Shown here: positions 38,378 through 52,557 of the stretch, piece after piece | Layout of the letters: every line of letters begins with the position of its first letter | Numbering within the stretch: position 1 is the first letter of the stretch | Origin: Owenia fusiformis | Lineage: Eukaryota | Direction of reading: 5' to 3' | Assembly: GCA_903813345.2 (NCBI GenBank) | Contig: CAIIXF020000001.1 | Location: 12,710,001 to 12,774,000 of the forward strand | DNA: 64,000 nucleotides | Translations under genes and position numbers: made by a program | Notes under the pieces: model-generated | Seen by the model: the letters and a program-made list of their open reading frames with translations, nothing else | What the model was told of the DNA's origin: nothing | The model's database searches: none

Positions 38378-40091
38378 TATCACACAGTTGAACTCATCTC
38401 TTACTTTACTTGACTAAGAATCTTCTCTATGCAAAAACCTACCCTTAAATATCACTTCATAATGCAGTAGTGTTTTAAAATGAAAGATCGAGTCAAAATC
38501 TGAAGAATGACCAAGGAATAATATATACAGGTATGACGTTCACACTCTAAATTGTATAGAAATATAGGATACTGATACTTCATTCAAATTTAAGAGAAGA
38601 TAAGTGAAATAGACTTGACTCCAGCAAGAGATTTTCAACATGGCTAGATGCCTCAATGCAATTAGTACATTTTTGCTTCATGGTTTTTGCAACTAGGAAA
38701 CTTTATCACGGGATTACTTCACAGACACATACTAATTTTAAACATTGGGTTTTATTTTCACACCCCTAGCTATATAATATTGACCTTTGCACACATTTAT
38801 GTATGTTTTAGCTAAATCCCTCATCAAGATCCTTTTGATTAGGGACTTAAGTATAAACAAATTTTTAGCAACTTTCATTGCTTAGTTCCCAGCTGTACAG
38901 TGGCACTTTAATTTACTTAATAAACATTATTTTATAACTGTTTCTAAATAAGTTTTACCAGGTATTCAAGATAAAAATATTCAGTCTTGGAATAAGTCTT
39001 TGCCCCCCCCTAATCCTATTAACTTATTTCCCTACCTGGGGTAGAAGGTGAGAATGCTAGGGGAGAGGCACATAAGAAATTGATGCAAAACTACTTTGAT
39101 TAACTTTTTTTTATTCCTTTACTAATGTACACTTAGGCTTCAATAGATTTAAATCTATAATATCAATGTTAACAAGGCTTTAACATGCAAAATATCACCA
39201 CCTGCCATTTGTTACAGATGATAACCACCGAACACCAACAACTGAACATTGAACATAAACCACTAAACACTGAATACCATCCACAAAAAAGTTGGACTTA
39301 ACAATATGTCACGTCTTGTGGTGGTGACATAAAAAGTAGAAGTAGGTTTTTTTCTAAAGAGTTACAAACCTTATAGCCAGTAAATTAACTTAAACAGCAA
39401 ATGTGAAAGGGTTTATATTTTATTGCTATTTTATGTGTTAGTTCAGACCAGGAAACAGTTGTCAAGAACACAGGGTGGTGAAACATAGAATTTTATGAGA
39501 TATTTTGTAACTGAGTCTAATTAGTATCCTATCTATTGCAAGAGTGGGCGCAAGTCATAAGACAATGAGTCCAACTTTCAATAATTAGGAAAACTTCTTT
39601 GGATTGGTTATATCCAATATCAGTACCTGAGTCTAATAAGGGATTGGATCTGGGATTGAATGGGGGATTTTGCCTTGTAGATTGGTAGATTGGTAGAAGT
39701 GATCAAGTGAATACAGTTTTTTTGATGGTATTTCCCAGGAAAAGCTTTTATGCATGAAATAATTTCTGTCATATTTTCCAGCATTGTTGGGTTAGTCAAA
39801 TAATTGGTGTGACGCTTATAAAGGGGAAGAAGGAATAGGGATGAGAACGGGTTTTGACAATAATATAATATTTCATTCATCACAGACCATCGAATACCAA
39901 ATGCTGAACACCAACCACCGAACATCAAATGCCAAACACTATCCACAATAAGTTGAAGACTGTAACAATTAGCTTGTAACAATATGCCACCACTTTTGGT
40001 GGTGACATAGAAAGTGCAATAGTTCCAACTGGATTTCAGGAGAATCCTTTGATCTTAATTGTCAACAATGGAAAAAGTACTTCATCTGATC

Positions 40092-40367
40092 AGATATCTC
40101 AATATTCTTTTTGTTCAGAAAATAAAATTAAAATTAGGATTGTAATAGAACATCGGCCTGTTTCTTCCAACAGTTTTCACTCTTTATCCCTTCAAATTCA
40201 TTTACTACAATAACAATCTTCATATCATTTTATAAGTATAGATATCTCAATATTCTTTTAGTTAAAAAATTAAAATTAGGATTGTAATAGAACATCGGCC
40301 TGTTTCCTCAAACAGTTTTCTCTATCCCTTCAAATTCATTTACTACAAGAACAATCTTCATATCATT
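40092..40367. repeat. ~148-bp tandem duplication
   Basis: AGATATCTCAATATTCTTT...AATCTTCATATCATT occurs twice. Confidence 0.85.
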
Positions 40368-41119
40368 GTTTTACTTTGGAGTTATGACCAGTTCATTGAT
40401 GATAGACTCAGGTTCAGTAAGCTCAATGGACGGGTCATTAACCGTGTTGACAGACTAGTCAAGTATTTTATTGCCAGAAAATAAACCAAATGAAACTGAA
40501 GATTGACATTTTATCATCAAAGCAGAATCTAGAAGCCAGATTTTATCATTTAAACTGGAATTTGAGAAAGTAGCTTTTATCAATACAATTCAAGCATAAA
40601 GTATGAGTTTGGGAGAAAAACAAGCTAATGTGGCATTACTTTCTGTGGCAACTGTTTCACTGCTGAGTGATGTATTGTACTAACTCAGTTTGGGGGTCAT
40701 GACATCTGAAATACATCTGCAAAAATATTTTTCACAGACTTTTGTCAGCTTTTTGTTAACTTCACGTCAGAAAGTTAACATTTAAATCTAGTTCTAGGAA
40801 GTTTGTTTCTTTAAGACTATAGTTCAACTCTTAAAACTCCTTTATAACTGTTTTCATACTAATACCTTTTGGCTTTGATTCTTTTAGCATAAAGCTTATA
40901 TTTATCATTGGCATAAAGGTATTTCTTAATCATTTCATCTACTTTTCAAAGAATATTCTTTTTATTTTGAGTCATTCAGACATCCATGTCCATATTTTCT
41001 ATAATTTATTCAACTGTTTGTTGATTGTATGAAAAGTTTATTTTATTTTTTATTTTTTTATAAACACTCTCCCTTGGTCGTCTTTTGCAGAGATTAAGTA
41101 AAGAGAAATAGGATAGTCA

Positions 41120-41835
41120 TAAAACACATCTTGCAAATCACAAAACACATCTCCCAAATCACAAAACACATCTCCCAAATCACAATACACATCTCCCAAA
41201 TCACAATACACATCTCCCAAATCACAATACACATGCTAGAGTCATAACACACATCTCGCAAATCACAAAACACATCTCCCAAATCACAATACACATGCTA
41301 GAGTCATTACACACATCTCTCAAATCACAAAACACATCTCCCAAATCACAATACACATCTCCCAAATCACAATACACATCTCACAAATCACAATACACAT
41401 CTCCCAAATCACAATACACATCTTGCAAATCACAAAACACATCTCACAAATCACAATACACATCTCCCAAATCACAATACACATCTCACAAATCACAATA
41501 CACATCTTGCAAATCACAAAACACATCTCACAAATCACAATACACATCTTGCAAATCACAAAAACGCATCTCCCAAATCACAAAACACATCTCCCAAATC
41601 ACAATACACATGCTAGAGTCATAACACACATCTCACAAATCACAAAACACATCTCCCAAATCACAATACACATGCTAGAGTCATAACACACATCTCGCAA
41701 ATCACAAAACACATCTCCCAAATCACAATACACATGCTAGAGTCATAACACACATCTCACAAATCACAAAACACATCTCCCAAATCACAATACACATGCT
41801 AGAGTCATTACACACATCTCACAAATCACAATACA
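41120..41835. repeat. 21-bp minisatellite with a 62-bp higher-order unit
   Basis: CACATCTCCCAAATCACAATA units interspersed with the 20-bp CACATGCTAGAGTCATAACA variant. Confidence 0.95.
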
Positions 41836-44800
41836 AATATACAAACGACTTAAAAATATGATATCCTTTTTCACATTGAAACCTGAATAAATTGAAAATG
41901 TTGGTTTTAGTTTTGGGTAAATTGTTCACATAACAAGAAGGCATTTTCTTGAAGAGATAATCTAGATATATGTTTTCAATAATTTTAATTTGAGACTGAG
42001 GAAAATTGTTCAGTAGAGAAAATGTTCATTAGAAGAATGTGTTCACAATGCTAGCCAGGTAAAACGTTCTCTACATTATGTTTCCAACTTCCAAAATATA
42101 TGTAGCCACAGACACTATCTGTATTTTACACTGGCTCCACTGAAAGATTAATTCGTTTTTGATTTCCACAAGGTATCTCTATGTTTACAGAAAATAGGAC
42201 AATTTATCTATGGCTAGGGCATCCCAGCTGTAAACAAAGCTGCAATTTTAGCTTCACATTTTTCCTAAATACCTGGATGCTCAAATTGATCCAATTCTTA
42301 TCTGTTACGCTGACATATTTGTCTAAGAAGTAAATTGCCATAATTAATTCAGAAAATGCTTGAGATAAAAGGAAAGTGATTTCTTACTTAGTAAACGTGA
42401 ATCCATCGATGAGCCAAAATAAATAAGACGTTTCTCAAGAATTAAAGTCAGAATATTCTAACTTGTACTTTTAAAGTATGTGTACAAAAATATGCTAAAT
42501 TCATCCATTCACTGATAAAAGAAAGTGACTTCTAGAAAGTTCACGAAAGACCCAGTCCATATTTGATCTCATCATAATGCACTGCACTACATTTTTTGAT
42601 TATGATTTTTAGGGGTTGTTTTCTCTTATCAATATTACCATGCATGTTTACTGATCCATATGGGTTGAGTATGTCTTATATAGTTCTAGTCCAGAAATGC
42701 AGATCAAAACATTAAACCTCCGTCCACAAGTGGTTATAAGAATCAACAACTCCCTAAGTACTGCCTAAATACTGACTGTTTAAGATCACATAACACTCGG
42801 TAGACCAAAACTAACATTGTTTGGGGTAGATTGCAATAATTTATCTTTACTAAGTTGTGTTCTCCTTACATTAATCGTAGATTGCACTGGTATACAACAC
42901 ATTGGTATCTCTGACATAGTTCAGGATTATCATTAACGTGTTTGCGGTCATGAACAATGTAATTTATGAAGTTATTCTAGTACTTAATCAATTCCCATTT
43001 AAATCCCATTCCAAATTACTTCTAATATTCAGTACTATAATTCTATATTTTTAAGACGTGTATTTCCAAAGTATAAACATGCAATTGGTACATAGACAGG
43101 GGTAAATTGCCTTAAATTGCATTACTGTGTCCAAAACTGCCACATTAATTTGTAATATTTAGACAATAATATTTAGACATGCATTATCATTTACTGACCA
43201 ATCAAAACTCAGTATAACCATATGTTACTTGAAAGGTAAATGTATGGTTTTCATTTTGTCAGGGTGTCAGGATCTAGTGAAGCAAATTGATTGTTTTCAA
43301 TTTCCTAAAGTATTAAAGATAATACATGACTAACGGAAAAGTTGCAATGGATAGAACAATGTTCCATTTTTGGCCCACCCTGTATTTTGCTCTGTTTTAC
43401 AATATGTAACATGGAATGATGCACTCATTTGATTATTACAACATAGGTCCAACACTCACACTATGTATCTTGTGTTTAACTGCACATGCAATTTAACTCA
43501 GTGCATTATATTACATCTAATAGGATAGTTTCTTTAAAGTCTAAACCAGAGGATATAGTGACATGCTCATTCCATATCTGCTCCTTACAGAAAATAGGAT
43601 ACATCTACTTGGATATGCACATTATTTTTTGTGCTCACAGTCAAAAACAGATTGTCAAAACAACATCATCGTAGAATTTTTCATTCATAATGCACTCCTT
43701 GACAGACATTGGAGCTAGTAAATAATTCTTTAAGTCTAAAAACCCGAACTTTGAACATAACTCTCCTTTTGTGGTCTATTTATTTTCTAGCGTGCAGGCC
43801 TAATTTAGGCCATCTATGTCAGAAGTAATTAGAGAAAGTGTTTTATACTAGCCTCCACAGGCTGACGGAATGAGTCACCACAAGCTAGGGACAGGACCCT
43901 TATTCAGAACTAATTAAAGAAACATTTGCATAGTGTGAAAATAAATCTTGGAGGCCAACAGAGACATTTCAAATATTCCTGAGAAAATTTCTGGTACATT
44001 TATATTCATTTTACACGACTGCTTTCAGTACCTTGCCTTGTCACTATTAAAGTATTTTATTTCTAAAAATTCCTATGTAATGAATAACTTACTACATATT
44101 TATATCTATAGTATATAGAAAATGTTCCTCTTTATCAGGACTAGAATTTGCCAGAAGTGTTCAAATTAGGAGGTGTTCACATTTCAAGTTTTGTTTAATA
44201 TGGGAGTGTAATAAGTGTTCTGATATATGGGTTTTACTTTTTCAACATAAGAAAAAAATCAATTGTCATTGGTGGATTACTATATTCTTGTCATTCATTG
44301 CATTATTCAATATGTAACACTTCATCAGTATATTTTATTCAAACATTTTTTGCATTGTCAGTGCAAATGATGATTCATATAGTGAAACAACTAAAATGAG
44401 GTAAAACCAATCCATTAAATGATAGCCTTCACTTTATATGGTATCACACTTGGTGTGGTCCCATACCTGGCAAACATCAATGCGATTGACCAGAAGAATT
44501 TTCTGAACAGAACTCATTAAAACCCATTCCAAGAGAATAAACTCCATCTAAACAAAATAAAAAAATAAAGTCAGTTTCTAAGGTGAGATTTTGTATAGAT
44601 AAAGTGTTTTTTGCTCTATCATAGGAAAATATTTTCTCATTTTTTTACTTTCTCAGGATAAGCTTTTTGTCCTGGTTCCCTGTGTCAAGGATTTTTAAGG
44701 ATTTCCATCAGAGAATTTCAGATTCCTTATAATATAAAGAGATCCCATGGTTCCATTACAAGCAAGTTACCATGCACAACCAAAGGAGAATCATTAGGAA

Positions 44801-46480
44801 AAAATATAATTTTCTCATGGTGATTTTCTGGTAAGGTACCATACATTGTATTTCCATTAATTTGCAACATGGCTTTAAGAAGTGGGAAGGCTTTAAGAAG
44901 TGAGGGGCTTTAAGAAGTGAGATGATTTAAGTAGTACTTTAACTGGATTAGTACATCAGATTTCTCACCACTTCCTTGCCACTGGTCCACTAATACCTTT
45001 AATGGAACACATATGACATCAGCTGGTTTTGATTGTTCAAGACAACTAGCTTGCCATCTAAAAATCACTCCTCAGTTAATGAAAAAACACCAAACTCCTG
45101 CTGTTAGGTGCAACAATATATTTGAACATTTAATTTTTTTATATATAGTGTAGTAGTATGAAATCATGAAATCAGTGTTGTATTACAGTAACAGCATTTG
45201 GTACTTACAGTCGTAATTCAACAACATCAAATAGCAAATTTTGTTCTCAAGAAAAATTGAAAATTTGTCTTGCCTCAATTCTTGATCAATTCAATACATT
45301 TTCAAACTTCATAAAACTATCACAGGCACTCATACTATAATGGGAACATTTGTTCATAGTAGATTTTATCCAGTATAAAATGACCATGCGTCCACCAAAC
45401 AACAAACTCAAGATATTCATCAAATAATTAAAGTTCAAGTGTCACATTTGAGACATCTGAAAAACCTTAACATTCACACTAATTAGGGAAGAATCTGAGA
45501 AAGTAACAATGTTTAAACAAGAGAATTTGATCTAGTACTTAACTAGTTCCCAGAGAGGACTATACCTCTGAGACACCTTCTTTTCAGACCCTGAGTTCTC
45601 ACTTGCTTATAACACTTTCCTCTGATTCCCACAAATGATTCGCTGATCTGTACCATCTTAGATGTAGTTTTCACAAGGTGTCTGAGTTTCACATAAATGT
45701 TCATTTTGTATGACTATGCATAACTTGCCTCTATAATTAATAAATTAAAGTAAACAAACATAAATGCTAAAGATAAAGAAAATTATTAGGACTACATATT
45801 TGATTGGATAAAGGCTAGACCAAATAATCATCTTTGACTTGAAGAGGTGCATGAAGTTATGTTCTTGCGAAGGGTCACTCTCTCATTGCCAACAAGGTAA
45901 ACTGGACACAGGTGGACAACATGCAAAAACAATAGAACCCATGGATAAAAAAGTAAAACGGATTGACCAATTTTAACACAATTCTTCTTAAAAGTTAAAT
46001 TGACTGATTTTTAAGCATTTCTCAACAATTTAGAGTATTCATTACATCCCTGTATTTGCTTTATTTCATGTGGATTCCAGTTTTTCTTGCCTTATTTTAC
46101 ATTTGACATGTCAATCAATGATACTTTATCCTGAGGAAAGAGTCTTCCAGCGGTTCAACGTGTCCAGGGGTCACAAGGGGTAAGAAAACATGGAAATCTG
46201 ATTTACACTCTTCTGGTTTCATTTTGAGTTTTTTCATTGGCATTTTGCGAAGAATAGATAAAGAGCTGTGATGTTAGCCTCCCCCTGGGTGGAAGCTGGA
46301 AGGACCTATAAACCATATGTTAAGAGGCACCGTTTTACGTATGGATCTTGGCTCAGCACTCCTGCCTAAAGTGGACTCTGACTTTTATGACATTATTAGA
46401 ACCTCATTTTCCCCATAATACATTGTGTATATGTAGATTTCAAACGGGATAAAAGATTCTAACAATGGGCCAAACTTTTT

Positions 46481-46873
46481 AAAAAGTGCCCAATGTTGTT
46501 ACATTAATTTAATAAGTGCCCAATGTTGTTACACTAATTTAATAAGTGCCCAATGTTGTTACACTAATTTAATAAGTACCTAATGTTGTTACACTAATTT
46601 AATAAGTGCCCAATGTTGTTACACTAATTTAATAAGTGCCCAATGTTGTTACACTAATTTAATAAGTGCCCAATGTTGTTACATTAATTTAATAAGTGCC
46701 CAATGTTGTTACACTAATTTAATAAGTGCCCAATGTTGTTACACTAATTTAATAAGTGCCCAATGTTGTTACACTAATTTAATAAGTGCCCAATGTTGTT
46801 ACACTAATTTAAAAAGTGCCTGATGTTGTTACACTAATTTAATAAGTACCTAATGTTGTTACACTAATTTAAT
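46481..46873. repeat. 30-bp minisatellite x13
   Basis: AATAAGTGCCCAATGTTGTTACACTAATTT head to tail with no spacers. Confidence 0.97.
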
Positions 46874-47447
46874 ATTTTTGCCCCCCTCCCATGCCAGTTC
46901 TCACATTAATATCACTTAAGTACAAATGTGATTCCTAACATGTATCTCCTAGTCACAGACATAATAATCTACAATTATTTGACTTTTAGCATCTATAATC
47001 TTTACGAAACAAAGTGTTCCTGATTAGAAACTAGGTAGAATATGAAACAGAATTGGGATAAGTGTGTTACTGCATGTATTTCAAGGTTACACAACGTTCT
47101 CATTGAGGTGCTCCATATATTCCTTACAAGGGAAAATTCTTAAAGGGGCATAACTTTTTTTGAAAAAACGGAAATATTTGAGCTTGAGTATCGAAACTAA
47201 ATAAAAGACAATTCAATGCATTCTAAAACAATCATGATGAGAAAAATTATGACAGGCTCGATTTTTTTTGATAATTAAGATGACATAAGAAGAAACATGT
47301 AAGCCCCACCCCTCGACATCTAAAGGTCCAGCCCCGATATACTACTAAAGAGATGGGTCTGGGATGTGGGTTTTTCAGAATGTTTGGGTTGTAGTGTATT
47401 AGGTGCCAGGTCTGGCAAGCTGTGCATAAGTTGGCCCAGTAGAAGGC

Positions 47448-47633
47448 TATATAAACGCTGGCTAAACTGTTTTCATAGCTCAGTTGGAAGACAGGAGAAG
47501 TAATCACTGCAAGTAGGCACAGGAGATACAAGATAATCCAGTTAATCCGTATAAAACATTGGATTAAGCCGTTAGATATATGGTGGTGTTACACCTCATA
47601 GGATGAACTTTATTGATGCACCTGGAGTGTAAG
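47448..47633 (+). promoter_or_regulatory. Candidate TATA + Inr promoter and non-coding first exon, probably for the GT31 gene
   Basis: TATATAAA at 47448-47455, TCAGTT initiator at 47480-47485 about 32 nt downstream, AAG|GTAGAA donor at 47634; the next strong coding acceptor is at 51350. Confidence 0.5.
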
Positions 47634-50600
47634 GTAGAAGCAATTTGAACATAGTTAAACATGTGATTTCTGGAATTTAGTGGTTTTATGAAAGCAATTA
47701 GGAATATTTTATTGATTATGATCGAGTTATCTCAACTTTTTTAAAATAGTTTTTTTCAACTTAATGAGGTGCAACTTTTAACATTTCTCAGCTTTCTAGA
47801 TTAGTTTATTTTATATTAAAAAGAAGTAACTTCTACACATAATTACAATGAATACAGACTTGAAGAGTAATTTTTTTAATGCAACTGATTGATCCCGGGT
47901 GAATGATTAGATAATCAGTTCTATATATTTTCATAAATAAAGTCCATCTATGACTGTTAATAAGATCATTTATATAACTACTGTTGTTAAAAATCAGACA
48001 CATGATACCATGAGTTTTAAACAGGATTTGGGTTAAAATATGTCTGTAGAATTGAACAGCAGGAAAGATACTCAGAAGAAGAAATGGAATGTTGTTATTT
48101 CATGTATTATGAATGCCACACATGATAGGCAACATACAGTACAAAAATATTGTTCAATTCAGTTTTGATTCATTCTTAGAACATGGCAGCTGAACAAAAC
48201 AGAAAATATAGGAAATCTACAACTTGGTTGTTCATTTAGAAGTATTTGGTGAACTATCAGTGCAGATTGAAATGACAGGTGAACTGAGTATTGCTTACTG
48301 GATGGTTCACCCAATGAATGAAATGCTGAGGTTGTCACAATTTCAAACACTAAATATGAGTAAAATGATTGTTATTGTTAAAGGAAAAACTATACAGGCA
48401 AGTAGTGTATATAATAAATTATGCAATTATGAAAGAAAATGAATGACTTTATTCAAATTTCATTGAGAAAAAGAGAGATATTTACTTTTTGGCATTTTGG
48501 CAGACGTTGTGTTCAATGTTTGTTTATTGCATACCTGACAGCCCAGTCATGTAACAAGCACACAGTTTTTCAGATCCTTCTTGGGAATGTTGATTGACAG
48601 ACTGCTTCATGTTGATATACAAGCATTTTTGAAAGAGATATCTAAACAAATGTTCCCATTGGGTCTTGGGTCCCTTAGGTTCAAGATCAGGGAGGTATTG
48701 TGTTGTCAGTGAAGTCCAGTGGGGTTAAAATTCTTGATTTTCCCACAGAAAAAATGTCATAACACTGATTTTTAAAATTCAAAATTGAATAAAATGAAGA
48801 TAAAATGGCCAGGAATAAGTAACTTCATTGTGTACGACAATGTGAGAAAAAAACAAAAAAACTTCATTTAAATTTTAGAGAGAAAATGAGTGAATAAAAC
48901 ACGACAAGAGTGGCATTGAAGATGGGTTGATTTGTATATTTACAGGGTTGAACCAGGTGAAGAATGTTGAGTATTTCTATGAATCCAAGTGAATGAAGCA
49001 CAAAGTGCTCAAACAATTTCAATGGAAAGGAGATTCATATTCTTGGGCAAAAAATCTTAAAGATCCAAAAATTGCATCTCTAGGCCTCTTGGCAGTAAAA
49101 TACAGGGTGTCCCAAAATAATTTGCACTCAAGACAAAACATGCAATAATTCTGAGTGAGTGAGTGATGGAGACATATATTCTTGAAATTTGGTCATCTGA
49201 CAGACAATTGAATTATCATGAATACCTGAAAGTTTCATCCAGTAACTATATTTAATTTTATAGAAAAGCTTGTTTTAGTACTCACACCAATTTTGGGTTT
49301 TGGATTTGGATTTATTGAGTATTATATACCTCCAAGTTAACTATTTCCCTTTATTCACTTCAAAACAAAACTTTCACCTCCTGAATGTACTCATTTAAAG
49401 TAAATTTGTGTTTTCTGATGTTGCCAACTAAGTGTATTTCGACAAAACAAGGATATTGCGGTTCTTTAGTGACTTAATCATGCAGTGGTCTTGATGTTTT
49501 GTTGAATATCACTTTCAAGGATATATAATAATTTTGTTTTTAGTTCCTTTTTATGTCATTAATTTTGTTATTATTTATTGTATGATTTGTTGATAAGCCA
49601 AGTTCAGTAGGCTGTGCTGTATTCGCATTGTATTTGTTAAAATAATTTTCTGTTGTTTTTGACTTCTCAAAAACAACAAAAATAAACTAAACCAAACTAT
49701 GTGGGAAAAATATAAAATTCCATATTAGTTACTGTTGAACAATTCCAAGATTATGACTAAATGTATGTGAAAAGATTCTCAAAGTCTCAACTTTCATCCT
49801 ATATGAGAGCGAATCAGGTTGTAATACAAAACATATTTGAAAAGTGAAATACGACACGAATATTTTGGAAATTATTTCACAAACATGTCTACCTATTTAC
49901 CACTAGTGAGCTATTTTTACTAATTTGTATGATTTCTTTGAAACCGGAATGTTTTGGAATACACATGAGCTGTTTTCTTTACCAAAGACATTCTCAGATT
50001 TCTTGCAGACCTAGGTGAGTGTCAAAACATTAAATCACAATGAAATGACTGGGCTGCTTAAAATAAATGACTTATAATTGATTTCTCTGGTTGTATATGT
50101 TAAAATAAAACACTTTAAAAAGTTAAACGCAAGGTATATGTAACTGTCATATGAATGAATTTTCCCCTTGATTCAATATTGAAATCCCTATAAACCATAT
50201 TTAAAGAGTAATTCGGTAATTGCAAATTGCACTCATATGATAAAAGATTATCATATACTGTACAAAGGAGTTTGAAAAAGTCTGTTTCCAATCATTAAAG
50301 AAAAACAAACAAATAATTGATGAGCGAAATCTTGCATTAATTCCATGAAAATCAAATTTTATTCGGCAAAAATCTGGACAGGTTTTATTACAAAAGTACC
50401 TGGATAAGCTTATCAGATAAATATTTTTGTTCACTTTTTTTCAAATTCAGAGATCTAGTTTTCAGTAACTCAAGTCTCAAAATTGGAAAAGAATATTTCA
50501 TATCAGTAAACAGTCAAAACACATGCTGACTCCTCATCTTAATTTACAACACTATATTCTTGTGCTTGATAGGGTATCTGCCTGTGCATATTCCACAGCA

Positions 50601-51351
50601 TTTCTATTTAGAGGCTGAATAAATGAAGAGATGTCATGGAATTTTGAATTTAATTCATGGCAGGGTATTTGTAGAGTTTATTTCTTCCTGATCTATAACT
50701 TTTCATTTTCTAATTTTATAGGTAACCTCTCCTGCTTTATCTATAAAGGGTACGTGTATATCCAAATGATAACTGAACTTTGCTTGGCCATAAATACCCC
50801 AAGTAAAGCCTGTTGCTCATGTATCTTCTATCTGTAAAGGTCTTAACATCGACTAATTGAGATTTTTTTCTGGTGTTGCAATACTGTAAAATAACAAGGT
50901 AAAAAGAGATGTCTTGACCTTATTTTGTTGTTTTTAGCTTGTTTTACCTGTATATTTGCTGCGTTCAAAGACTGTTGATGTAACCACTAACTGGTTGTAC
51001 AAGCGTGACTCTGTAAATTAACATCATGATTATCTCAACCTTATCTAACTTGTTCCTCTTATATTAAGTTCTGACTACATGGTTAGATGTTCTACATCTG
51101 CACTCTTATATTGATTACTCAATGGTAGGGACTGGATATAGATTTTATTTTTTTAGATTTATTTTTATTTTTTTGACTTATGTTTACTTATGATTCTGAC
51201 TTATGTTTTTCAGGACTCTTATATTGATTACTCAATGGTAGGGACTGGATATAGATTTTATCCAGAGTACAATTCAACATAACACAAGAAATACTCTCTG
51301 GTATGATTAATGACTTATGTTTACTTATGATTCTGACTTATGTTTTTCAGG

Positions 51352-52557
51352 ATGATGCTTCGACTACATTACAAGTACATGAGGGGGTCATTACTGGTGA
51401 ATGTTATAGCGATCTGCTGCAGTATTTCTATGTTCACTTACATGTTCTTCAATGGATATCCACGGACAGTTATTTACCTTTACAGACTATCTAACGCTAC
51501 AGATCTCTACCCTCCTCTGCGGAAAGATGTTATCGAAGCTGTTTCAATGCTCAGTAAGACAAAGCTACGGAATATTCAGCAATTCACAGAGTATGAAGCC
51601 ATGACAATGCCAGACTCTAATCCACACAGTATAAGTAGGCGCAATATACAGGCGTCAAAAGTACCATCGTCAATTGTCGACCAAGAAGGATTCTTAATCA
51701 ATCAAAGAGTGTGTGATGACGACACTGTTATGGTTGTTGTAGTATGCTCTGCTGTTTATAGATTTGAACAAAGGAAAGTAATTCGGAAAACTTGGGCTAG
51801 CGTCACAAAGGACCCTTTATTAAGGACAAAATTAGTATTCATGTTAGCGGTTCACCCTGATCCATACATGCAGAAATATGTAATTGAAGAGAGTGTTAAA
51901 CATGAGGACATCATACAAGACAATTTTATAGACTCGTATCAAAATCTCAGTTTGAAATCAATAGGCATGTTAAAGTGGTTTGGGGAATCATCTTGTCGCA
52001 ATGTAAAATATTTATTAAAAACAGACGATGATATGTTTGTTAACATTCCAAACCTGCTCAAGGACATTGCATTTAGAGAAAGTTTCCAACCCATAAAATG
52101 GACAATTATGGGACATCTACAGATAGGAGCCCGTCCGGATTTAGATCCACAATCTAAATGGTTCACCCCCAAATCTAAATTCCATAAAAAGACTTACCCA
52201 GACTATTGTTCAGGGACTGCATATGTTTTAACAAATGACATTATAAATGCCTTATATAAAGCTGCTTTGAACACCCCTATATTCTGGCTTGAAGATGTGT
52301 ACATCACGGGAATACTTGCAGAAAAAGTTAAAGCAAAACATATCCAAAATCACAAATTTGACTCTGTTGGGCGTGAAAGGGACCCGTGTGTTTTACGGAC
52401 TATCATAAGTGTTCATAGAGTGAATTCCATAGACTTACAAAAGATTTGGACAGGCATTAACAATGATAGCTTAATCTGTGATTACCCAACTGCAACCAAT
52501 GTCGACAATATAAATGTTAGAGATTTAAAATTACATAAAAATAAACCAAAAAGATGA
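51352..52557 (+). CDS. GT31-family beta-1,3-galactosyltransferase (B3GALT1/5-like), type II membrane protein, single coding exon
   Basis: N-terminal hydrophobic anchor and GT31 motifs RKVIRKTW, DIIQDNFIDSYQNLSLKS, YLLKTDDDMFVN (DxD), YPDYCSGTAYV, LEDVYITG. TTTTTCAG acceptor at 51350 suggests ATG 51352 rather than the track's 51340. Confidence 0.93.
   Translation: MMLRLHYKYMRGSLLVNVIAICCSISMFTYMFFNGYPRTVIYLYRLSNATDLYPPLRKDVIEAVSMLSKTKLRNIQQFTEYEAMTMPDSNPHSISRRNIQASKVPSSIVDQEGFLINQRVCDDDTVMVVVVCSAVYRFEQRKVIRKTWASVTKDPLLRTKLVFMLAVHPDPYMQKYVIEESVKHEDIIQDNFIDSYQNLSLKSIGMLKWFGESSCRNVKYLLKTDDDMFVNIPNLLKDIAFRESFQPIKWTIMGHLQIGARPDLDPQSKWFTPKSKFHKKTYPDYCSGTAYVLTNDIINALYKAALNTPIFWLEDVYITGILAEKVKAKHIQNHKFDSVGRERDPCVLRTIISVHRVNSIDLQKIWTGINNDSLICDYPTATNVDNINVRDLKLHKNKPKR

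Noticed and set aside
41050-41686. Repetitive ORFs (SQYTSPK..., MCIVIWE...)
   Set aside because: They are by-products of the 21-bp minisatellite, open in several frames on both strands.
40000-45720. Short minus-strand peptide-like runs near 40000-40720, 44280-44520 and 45540-45720
   Set aside because: Too short and interrupted, with no recognisable family.
46481-46873. 30-bp repeats that could be mistaken for a CRISPR array
   Set aside because: Units are head to tail with no unique spacers, there are no cas genes, and the context is eukaryotic.
12320-49120. Isolated TACAGGGTG / CACCCTGTA Tc1-like ends (about 12335, 43377 and 49101)
   Set aside because: Partner ends could not be paired confidently, so no element boundaries are called.
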